From UHGV virus genome UHGV-1739656: a DNA stretch of 13,338 nucleotides; one strand, given 5' to 3'. The translations under genes were made by a program, and so were the position numbers. Positions 6,891 through 13,338 of the stretch are shown here, in pieces (position 1 is the stretch's first letter; every line of letters begins with the position of its first letter). Under the pieces are notes generated by a model. That model worked only from the letters and a program-made list of their open reading frames with translations. It ran no database searches and was not told the DNA's origin. The stretch is from a virus.

Positions 6891-7317
6891 AACGCTGAGA
6901 GCACTTAGCCTGTTAAGGCGCCACACTTTGTCGCGGCTCCATAAATGCTCTCATCGTTGTACCCTCGTCTCTTCCGAGGCGTCACACCGAATCGCCGGGA
7001 TGGTGAATCCCCGTGCGCGGAATAAAACCGCTCGACTTGCACATTCCGGCTACCTGGTTCGTTTGCCCGAGCAAGGGAGGGTGCCCCTTAAACGTATCCA
7101 GACCGCTATCGGCGCATGTGCCATACGCCGTACTGCTCAAAATAAAAGCTCACTCCACCTGTTCAATTTAACGACAAGCCAGTCAGGTTAGTAACCGGAA
7201 TGAACTCTTTGGTTACCTGAAAGGTAATAATTTGTGCGTTAAATGTCAACTACCTACGATAAATAAATCATATGTGGTTAAATTGGTAATAATTTAATTG
7301 CGTACGGAGTCATTGAT

Positions 7318-7524
7318 ATGTGCATGGGTAGCTCACCATCAGTGCCTGCAACACCAGAAGTTCAGGCAGCACCACAGGAGCAGGATGCCGCCGTTGTTGA
7401 TGCCCGCGACGAAGAAACTCGTCGCCGTCGCGCTGCTGCTGGTCGTAGTTCTACGCTGCTTACCGGTTCTCAGGGCGACACATCAACCGCTAATACCAGC
7501 GGTAAAACGCTGCTTGGTCAGTAA
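7318..7524 (+). CDS. Small hypothetical protein (68 aa), low complexity
   Basis: ATG 7318 is preceded by CGGAGTCATTGA, the same 12-bp initiation context found before the portal ATG. Sits immediately upstream of the portal gene. Confidence 0.4.
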   Translation: MCMGSSPSVPATPEVQAAPQEQDAAVVDARDEETRRRRAAAGRSSTLLTGSQGDTSTANTSGKTLLGQ

Positions 7525-7538
7525 CCGGAGTCATTGAA

Positions 7539-9218
7539 ATGGCGGAAACAACTAAAGAGCGATTGAACAAACAGTTCGCACAACTTGAAAGCGAGCGTCA
7601 GTCGTTCGAGCCGCACTGGCGCGAGTTGAGTGATTACATCAACCCGCGTGGTTCCCGCTTTCTGACTTCTGAGGTTAACCGTAACGATCGACGCAATACA
7701 CGCATTATTGATTCGACCGGGACTATGGCGGCGCGCACTCTTGCCAGCGGCATGATGTCAGGCATAACAAGCCCCGCCCGTCCGTGGTTTCGCCTGGCTA
7801 CGCCAGATCCTGAAATGATGGACTATGGCCCTGTTAAGTTGTGGCTTGAGGCAGTTCAGAACCGCATGAACGATATGTTCAATAAGTCGAATCTCTACCA
7901 GTCTCTTCCGCAGTTATACGGAAGCCTCGGCACATACAGCACTGGTGCAATGGCGGTGCTGGAGGATGACGAGGACATCATTCGCACAATGCCATTCCCG
8001 ATAGGCAGTTACTACCTGGCTAACTCACCTCGTGGCAGTGTGGACACCTGTTTTCGCAAGTTCTCTATGACTGTTCGTCAGCTTGTTCAGGAGTTCGGGC
8101 TAAATAACGTCAGCGAATCCGTAAAAAGCATGTGGGAAAGCGGCACCTACGAGAAGTGGATTGAAGTGATGCATTCGGTTTACCCGAACATTGACCGCGA
8201 TACATCGAAGCTGGATAGCAAGAACAAGCCATTCAAATCGGTTTATTACGAGGTTGGTGGCGATAACGACAAGTTGTTGCGTGAGTCCGGATTCGATGAG
8301 TTTCCAATTATGGCTCCGCGCTGGGAAGTTAACGGCGAAGATGTTTATGGATCATCATGCCCGGGTATGCTGGCGCTTGGACCTGTTAAGGCATTGCAGC
8401 TTCTCCAGAAGCGCAAGTCGCAGTTGATTGATAAAGCCACCAATCCGCCGATGGTTGCTCCGACTTCCCTCAAGAATCAGCGTGCCTCCCTTCTTCCTGG
8501 CGACATCACGTATATCGATCAGATTACTGGTCAGGATGGTTTCAGGCCTGCTTATCTGGTTAACCCCAGTACAGCAGATTTGGTGGCAGACATTCAGGAC
8601 ACCCGTCAAATCATTAACAGCGCCTACTTTGTCGATCTGTTCATGATGTTGCAGAACATCAATACCCGCTCGATGCCTGTTGAAGCGGTGATCGAAATGA
8701 AAGAAGAAAAACTTCTGATGTTGGGGCCGGTTCTGGAGCGTCTGAACGACGAATGTCTTAATCCTCTCATTGACCGCGCTTTCTCGATGATGGTGCGTAA
8801 AAACATGCTGCCGACACCGCCTGACGCGATGGAAGGCATGCCCCTGAAGGTCGAATACATTTCCGTCATGGCTCAGGCGCAGAAGTCTATCGGCCTGTCC
8901 AGTCTGGCGTCCACGGTTAACTTCATTGGTCAACTTGCGCAAGCGAAACCAGAAGCTCTCGACAAACTCAACGTTGATCAGGCGATCGATGCATTCGCTG
9001 ATATGTCCGGAGTGTCTCCAACCGTCATTGTTCCGCAGGAACAGGTTGAGCAGGCTCGCCAGCAACGGGCACAGCAACAACAGCAGCAACAAATGATGGC
9101 GATGGGGATGGCGGCGGCACAGGGTGCCAAGACGCTAAGCGAAGCTAAAACTTCGGATCCGAGTGTTTTGTCAGCTATGGCGAATGCAGTTAGTGGTCAG
9201 GGTGGGCAATCACAATGA
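7539..9218 (+). CDS. Portal (head-to-tail connector) protein, T7 gp8-type
   Basis: 559-aa ORF. The N-terminal region (...STGTMAARTLASGMMSGITSPARPWFRLA...) and the Gln/Ala/Met-rich C-terminus (QQQQQQQMMAMGMAAAQGA) resemble T7 gp8 as recalled. Position after the terminase is consistent. Confidence 0.75.
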   Translation: MAETTKERLNKQFAQLESERQSFEPHWRELSDYINPRGSRFLTSEVNRNDRRNTRIIDSTGTMAARTLASGMMSGITSPARPWFRLATPDPEMMDYGPVKLWLEAVQNRMNDMFNKSNLYQSLPQLYGSLGTYSTGAMAVLEDDEDIIRTMPFPIGSYYLANSPRGSVDTCFRKFSMTVRQLVQEFGLNNVSESVKSMWESGTYEKWIEVMHSVYPNIDRDTSKLDSKNKPFKSVYYEVGGDNDKLLRESGFDEFPIMAPRWEVNGEDVYGSSCPGMLALGPVKALQLLQKRKSQLIDKATNPPMVAPTSLKNQRASLLPGDITYIDQITGQDGFRPAYLVNPSTADLVADIQDTRQIINSAYFVDLFMMLQNINTRSMPVEAVIEMKEEKLLMLGPVLERLNDECLNPLIDRAFSMMVRKNMLPTPPDAMEGMPLKVEYISVMAQAQKSIGLSSLASTVNFIGQLAQAKPEALDKLNVDQAIDAFADMSGVSPTVIVPQEQVEQARQQRAQQQQQQQMMAMGMAAAQGAKTLSEAKTSDPSVLSAMANAVSGQGGQSQ

Positions 9219-9511
9219 CAGATTTCGAAGACGATCAACTGAAAGAAGAAAACGCCCGTAAGCAACGTGACATGGCACAGCGTGAAATTGATGACATTCG
9301 CTTTGTCATGAGCAGTGAACAGGGGCGTCGCGTTGTCTGGTCGGTGCTGGAGAAAGGCCGGGTGTTTTCCGCTATCTCTCCGATGGATGCTATGGCAATG
9401 GCATTTAATGAGGGGCAACGCAATCTGGCGCTGGAACTGTTTCAGCGCGTTATGGCGCATTGCCCTGAACAGTATTTGAAGATGGCCAAAGAGGCCAGTG
9501 AACAGGAGTGA
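9215..9511 (+). CDS. Hypothetical phage protein (98 aa) between portal and scaffold
   Basis: ATG overlaps the portal stop (ATGA). Charged helical protein of unknown function. Confidence 0.5.
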   Translation: MTDFEDDQLKEENARKQRDMAQREIDDIRFVMSSEQGRRVVWSVLEKGRVFSAISPMDAMAMAFNEGQRNLALELFQRVMAHCPEQYLKMAKEASEQE

Positions 9512-9513
9512 TC

Positions 9514-10209
9514 ATGAATTTATTTGAGCGTTTGCTGTATCGCCGTCTTTGCAATGAGCAACCAGTCGATGGTGGAGCAGCTCCGGCTGCGTCAGAACCG
9601 TCAGCGCCTGCAGGTGATAACCCTGCTCCAGTTGGTGATCCATCACAACAGGAAGGTGATAAGCCACAACCTGTTGCTGATGGCGATAAACCTGCTGATG
9701 ACAAAAAGCCTGAAAACGATAAGCAGGATGAAAAAAAGGACGGCGATAAACCAGAGGGTGCGCCTGAAAAGTACGAGTTTCAGGCTGCCGAAGGCGTAGA
9801 GCTGGATACAGAAGCGTTGAAGGAATTCGAGCCGGTGGCGCGAGAACTAAACCTGACCAACGAGCAAGCGCAAAAGCTGGTTGATGCTTATCCGAAGATT
9901 CTGGCAGGTGTTCAGCAGCGCCAGGCAGAAGCCTGGCAGAAAACAACCGAGCAGTGGGCTGCGGATGTAAAAGCCGACAAAGAAATCGGTGGCGACAAGT
10001 TGATTTCTAACCTTAGCGCCGCACAGCGTGCGCTTGACCAGTTCGGGACACCTGAACTCAAAGAATATCTGAACACCACCGGGCTGGGTAATCACCCTGA
10101 TCTGGTCAAAACGTTCGTGAAAATCGGAAAGGCGATGTCTGAAGATGGCATGGTCACCGGTGGTAATGAAGGCCAGCGTAGTGCGGCCGAAGTGCTCTAT
10201 GGCAAATAA
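9514..10209 (+). CDS. Putative scaffolding protein
   Basis: ATG 9514 lies 5 nt after AGGAG (track start 9508 is a GTG). Position is between portal and major capsid. Has an acidic Pro/Asp/Lys-rich low-complexity N-terminal region and a helical C-terminal part ending RSAAEVLYGK. Confidence 0.55.
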   Translation: MNLFERLLYRRLCNEQPVDGGAAPAASEPSAPAGDNPAPVGDPSQQEGDKPQPVADGDKPADDKKPENDKQDEKKDGDKPEGAPEKYEFQAAEGVELDTEALKEFEPVARELNLTNEQAQKLVDAYPKILAGVQQRQAEAWQKTTEQWAADVKADKEIGGDKLISNLSAAQRALDQFGTPELKEYLNTTGLGNHPDLVKTFVKIGKAMSEDGMVTGGNEGQRSAAEVLYGK

Positions 10210-10223
10210 GAGAGGAAATGACA

Positions 10224-11210
10224 ATGGCTGTTAAAGGCTTAACTGCGCTAACGCTGGCTGACTGGGGTAAGCGCGTCGATCCAAACGGGAAAGTCGATAA
10301 GATTATCGAGCTTCTCGGTCAAACTAACCCGATCCTTCAGGATATGCCTTTTGTCGAAGGGAACCTTCCTACCGGACACCGAACCACCATTCGTTCTGGT
10401 TTACCTTCAGCTACCTGGCGTTTGCTGAACTATGGCGTACAGCCAAGCAAATCAACCACAGTGCAGGTAACCGATTCCGTTGGCATGCTGGAAACCTATG
10501 CGGAAGTCGATAAGTCACTGGCTGATCTGAACGGCAATACCGCCGAATTCCGCCTGTCTGAAGACCGCGCATTTATTGAAGCGATGAATCAGCAGATGGC
10601 GCAGACGCTGTTTTATGGTGATTCCAGCGTTAACCCTCAGCAGTTTATGGGACTGTCCTCCCGCTATTCCAGCCTGTCTGCGGGTAATGCTCAGAACATC
10701 ATTGATGCTGGTGGCACGGGTACAGATAACACCTCAATCTGGTTAGTGGTGTGGGGCGAAAACACCGTGCATGGCATCTTCCCGAAAGGGCAGAAGGCTG
10801 GCATCCAGATGGAAGATAAAGGCCAGGTGACACTGGAAGATGCTAATGGCGGCAAGTACGAAGGCTATCGCACCCATTACAAATGGGATAACGGACTTGC
10901 TCTGCGTGACTGGCGTTATGTTGTTCGCATTGCAAACATCGATGTCAGCAATCTTTCAGAACCATCCTCTGCCGCAAATATTGCGAAGTTGATGGTTAAA
11001 GCACTACATCGCATTCCAAACCGTGGCATGGGCCGCCCGGTGTTCTACATGAACCGCACTGTAGGCCAGGCTCTTGATCTGCAGTCTCTGGAGAAAACAT
11101 CTCTGGCTATCAGCGTAAAAGAGACAGAAGGCGAGTGGTGGACTTCATTCCGTGGTGTACCAATCCGTGAAACTGATGCGCTTCTGGAAACAGAAGCCCG
11201 CGTGGTGTAA
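10224..11210 (+). CDS. Major capsid protein
   Basis: About 328 aa, immediately downstream of the scaffold. Start set at ATG 10224 (7 nt after GAGGA) rather than 10218. Followed by a stem-loop and a small decoration-like gene. Confidence 0.65.
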   Translation: MAVKGLTALTLADWGKRVDPNGKVDKIIELLGQTNPILQDMPFVEGNLPTGHRTTIRSGLPSATWRLLNYGVQPSKSTTVQVTDSVGMLETYAEVDKSLADLNGNTAEFRLSEDRAFIEAMNQQMAQTLFYGDSSVNPQQFMGLSSRYSSLSAGNAQNIIDAGGTGTDNTSIWLVVWGENTVHGIFPKGQKAGIQMEDKGQVTLEDANGGKYEGYRTHYKWDNGLALRDWRYVVRIANIDVSNLSEPSSAANIAKLMVKALHRIPNRGMGRPVFYMNRTVGQALDLQSLEKTSLAISVKETEGEWWTSFRGVPIRETDALLETEARVV

Positions 11211-11226
11211 CGCCTGTTATTAACCT

Positions 11227-11246
11227 GTGGGTCGTAACAGACCCAC
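11227..11246 (+). promoter_or_regulatory. Perfect 7-bp stem-loop just after the major capsid gene
   Basis: GTGGGTC-GTAACA-GACCCAC with no U-tract after it. Candidate RNA stability or processing element, or weak attenuator, affecting capsid-gene stoichiometry. Confidence 0.35.
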
Positions 11247-11261
11247 TAATGGAGAAAGAAG

Positions 11262-11699
11262 ATGATCACCGACAAACTGTTGATGTTCTCCGAAGCTCAG
11301 GCGGTTACGAATACCGCGGCTTCTACTGACGTAATCGATCTCGGTCCAATTGACGGAAAACGTCGTGATATCGGCGTGGGTTACCCGCTTGAGTTTTGGG
11401 CGCTGGTTAACACAGCCGCCGCAGCAAGCGGTGATGCAACTGTAAACATCCAGTTGCAGACGAGTGAGAATAACAGATCATGGACCACTATTTATGATAG
11501 TGGCGCACTGGCAAAGACCGCCCTGACAGCAGGTAAACGAGTTGTTTCTGCAAAGGTGCCTGCCGGTGTTCAGCGATATCTGCGTGTTAACTACTCCGTC
11601 GCAACTGGCCCACTAACGGCTGGCGAATTCACTGCTGGTATCAGTCTTGATGTTGATGCCAATACGCCGTATCCGATCCGCTCAAAAGTAACTGGTTAA
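11262..11699 (+). CDS. Putative capsid decoration or cement protein (Bbp16-like)
   Basis: 145-aa beta-rich protein (Thr/Ala/Ser/Val/Gly) directly after the major capsid gene, with RBS GGAG. The N-terminus MITDKLLMFSEAQAVT...VIDLG resembles recalled Bbp16-family cement proteins; not verified. Confidence 0.4.
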   Translation: MITDKLLMFSEAQAVTNTAASTDVIDLGPIDGKRRDIGVGYPLEFWALVNTAAAASGDATVNIQLQTSENNRSWTTIYDSGALAKTALTAGKRVVSAKVPAGVQRYLRVNYSVATGPLTAGEFTAGISLDVDANTPYPIRSKVTG

Positions 11700-11709
11700 G
11701 GTGATATCG

Positions 11710-12045
11710 ATGTCAGGTGAGAAACCAAGATACCGCGTTCTGCGCCTCTCTCATATCCATAACACTCTGTGGCCGGAGGGGGCAGAAATCGAATACGAAG
11801 GTGAGCCTGGTAGCGCACTGGAACCTGTTAACGATGCAGCCAGACAGGCAAAAGCAAAAGTTGCAGGAAAGGTGTCAATGGCAGCAACCAGCACCAAAAT
11901 CATCAACGACGTGTCAGATGATGGTGAACTGGATAAGCTCCGTGAAGAGTACGAATTGCTCTTTAACGAGAAGCCACACCATAACGCCAAAGCCGAAACG
12001 CTCCGCGAGAAGATCGCAGATAAGCGTAAAGAACTGGGCGTGTAA
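11710..12045 (+). CDS. Hypothetical virion-module protein (112 aa)
   Basis: ATG 11710 lies 5 nt after AAGGTGA (track start 11701 is a GTG). Followed by a strong intrinsic terminator. Confidence 0.45.
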   Translation: MSGEKPRYRVLRLSHIHNTLWPEGAEIEYEGEPGSALEPVNDAARQAKAKVAGKVSMAATSTKIINDVSDDGELDKLREEYELLFNEKPHHNAKAETLREKIADKRKELGV

Positions 12046-12061
12046 GCCTCGCGGATCAGAC

Positions 12062-12083
12062 AAGGGGCTTCGGCCCCTTTATT
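12062..12083 (+). terminator. Intrinsic terminator after the capsid gene block
   Basis: AAGGGGC-TTCG-GCCCCTT stem-loop (GC-rich stem, tetraloop) followed by TTTATT. The next gene's RBS begins immediately after. Confidence 0.7.
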
Positions 12084-12095
12084 GCAGGAGTGTAT

Positions 12096-12419
12096 ATGGA
12101 ACTCGTAAACCTCAAAACCGGCACTGACAGCTACCAGGATGAGAGCGGAGAAACCAGAACTCGCGATGAATACCCGTGGGGGCTGTGCATCACTCTTAAT
12201 AACGACACATTGAATAAGCTGAAGGCGCAACCTCAGGGCGTCGGAACAGAAGTGATGATAACTGCAAAGGCTGTTATTCGAGGCCTGTCTGCCAAAGAAA
12301 CTGACGATGGTGTTAATCGCAGCGCCGATCTGCAGATCACTGATATGGCGATCGCTCCTGTTTCCGGGGATGTAGAAAAATCAGCGGCTGAAACTCTGTA
12401 CGGTAACGGAGGTGAGTGA
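12096..12419 (+). CDS. Hypothetical small protein (107 aa) with a scaffold-like C-terminal motif
   Basis: ATG 12096 lies 5 nt after AGGAG. The C-terminus ...VEKSAAETLYGNGGE closely matches the scaffold C-terminus ...GQRSAAEVLYGK. Confidence 0.5.
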   Translation: MELVNLKTGTDSYQDESGETRTRDEYPWGLCITLNNDTLNKLKAQPQGVGTEVMITAKAVIRGLSAKETDDGVNRSADLQITDMAIAPVSGDVEKSAAETLYGNGGE

Positions 12420-13024
12420 TGGCCTCTGTAGTAGAGATCTGTAATCGTGCGCTGTCCAATATTGGCAACAGCCGCAGCATTAACAGCCTGACGGAAGCCA
12501 GCAAGGAAGCGGGGGAATGTTCGCTGCACTTTGAGGCCTGCCGTGATGCTGTGCTTTCTGATTTTGACTGGAACTTTGCTACCAAACGCGTGGCGCTTGC
12601 AGATACGAGCAATCCACCGCCTGACTGGGAATATGCGTACCAGTACCCGTCAGATTGTCTGCGCATTACTGAAATTATGCTTCCTGGTGTACGCAATCCA
12701 ACAGCAGCAATGCGCGTTCAGTACGAAGTTGGTGCAGACACCAACGGAACAGGAAAGTTGATCTACACAGACCAGCCTCAGGCATGGCTCAAGTATGTCT
12801 CTCGCGTTTCAGATGTAAACATGTTTGATGCCATTTTTATGGAGGCGCTGGCCTGGCGTCTTGCGGCAGCCATTAACATGGCGCTGACTGGGAATGCGGA
12901 TCTCGGTACATTTGCTCTCAATATGTACAATCGCGTGATTCTTAGTGCTGGCTCGCATAGCCAGAATGAATCACAGGAACCACAGCCACCGGTTGACGAG
13001 TTTACCATTGCGAGGTTGTCCTGA
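12419..13024 (+). CDS. Putative virion structural protein (201 aa), possibly head-tail adaptor
   Basis: ATG 12419 overlaps the upstream stop (TGATG) and follows GGAGGTGAG. Position after the capsid module suggests a head completion or adaptor role. No motif-level support. Confidence 0.4.
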   Translation: MASVVEICNRALSNIGNSRSINSLTEASKEAGECSLHFEACRDAVLSDFDWNFATKRVALADTSNPPPDWEYAYQYPSDCLRITEIMLPGVRNPTAAMRVQYEVGADTNGTGKLIYTDQPQAWLKYVSRVSDVNMFDAIFMEALAWRLAAAINMALTGNADLGTFALNMYNRVILSAGSHSQNESQEPQPPVDEFTIARLS

Positions 13025-13299
13025 TGGCTATCAGTTGGATCCAGCCCAGCTTTGCTGGTGGTGAGATTGGACCGTCGTTGTACGGACGTATCGACATGGC
13101 GAAGTACCAGGTGGCATTGCGCAAGTGCGATAACTTTATCGTGCGGCAGTATGGCGGCGTTGAGAATCGACCTGGTACGCGTTTTGTCGGTGCCGCCAAA
13201 TACCCAAATCGGAAATGCCGCCTGATCCCGTTCCAGTTCTCGACGGTTCAGACCTATGCTCTGGAGTTCGGACACCAGTACATGCGCGTTATCAAAGAT
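13024..13299 (+). CDS. Putative virion or tail protein, 3'-truncated by the contig end
   Basis: ATG overlaps the upstream stop (TGATG). The reading frame runs into adapter at 13300, so the last six track residues (LSLIHI) are adapter-encoded and only the first 92 codons are native. Confidence 0.4.
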
Positions 13300-13338
13300 C
13301 TGTCTCTTATACACATCTGACGCTGCCGACGATCTTAC
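13300..13338. other. Library adapter (reverse complement of Nextera/Tn5 mosaic-end adapter), not biological sequence
   Basis: CTGTCTCTTATACACATCT followed by GACGCTGCCGACGA is the reverse complement of TCGTCGGCAGCGTCAGATGTGTATAAGAGACAG. The trailing TCTTAC would be index or primer sequence. Confidence 0.9.

Noticed and set aside
6509-7191. Plus-strand ORFs 6509-6703, 6612-6884 and 6928-7191 in the island
   Set aside because: They overlap the tRNA and the terminator hairpins, or lie in non-coding DNA without an RBS. They are probably spurious.
6891-7200. Second tRNA or structured ncRNA in the roughly 300-bp non-coding stretch right of the tRNA
   Set aside because: No T-loop (GTTCGA-type) or cloverleaf arrangement was found by eye, only short weak hairpins. 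It is more likely promoter or leader sequence for the minus-strand tRNA; a covariance-model scan would be needed to exclude an ncRNA.
9058-9790. Possible CRISPR array or tandem-repeat locus from repetitive sequence in the portal and scaffold genes
   Set aside because: The repeats are short, degenerate and in-frame within coding sequence (poly-Gln and GDKP-like low complexity). There are no regular spacer-repeat units.
1-13338. Perfect terminal inverted repeats (19-bp Tn5 mosaic ends) suggesting a composite transposon spanning the window
   Set aside because: The ends match Nextera library adapter sequence including the non-transposon primer portion (CAGCGTC / GACGCTGCCGACGA). No transposase gene is present. 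This is a library artefact.

Overview
The window appears to be a complete sequencing contig: Nextera/Tn5 mosaic-end adapter sequence sits at both ends (1-26 and 13300-13338), so the terminal ORFs are artefacts or truncated. The native DNA (27-13299) is a tailed-phage segment, most likely from an Enterobacteriaceae temperate phage, with essentially all genes on the + strand. Left to right: an accessory block (DUF1064-like PD-(D/E)xK protein, Ea22-like, DUF551, several hypotheticals); a 40-aa hydrophobic peptide; an RHH-like protein with a C-terminal Cys cluster; a structured intergenic region; terminase small and large subunits; a minus-strand island (orphan 110-aa ORF, two intrinsic terminators, complete tRNA-Arg UCU); then portal (T7 gp8-type), scaffold, major capsid, putative decoration protein and further virion proteins. 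Family names are recalled from sequence signatures, not searched. No CRISPR array, integrase, lysis cassette or recognisable defence enzyme is present. The most unusual signals are the antisense tRNA/ORF island between terminase and portal, an identical 14-bp palindrome either side of the terminase genes, and a C-terminal motif shared between the scaffold and a small downstream protein.
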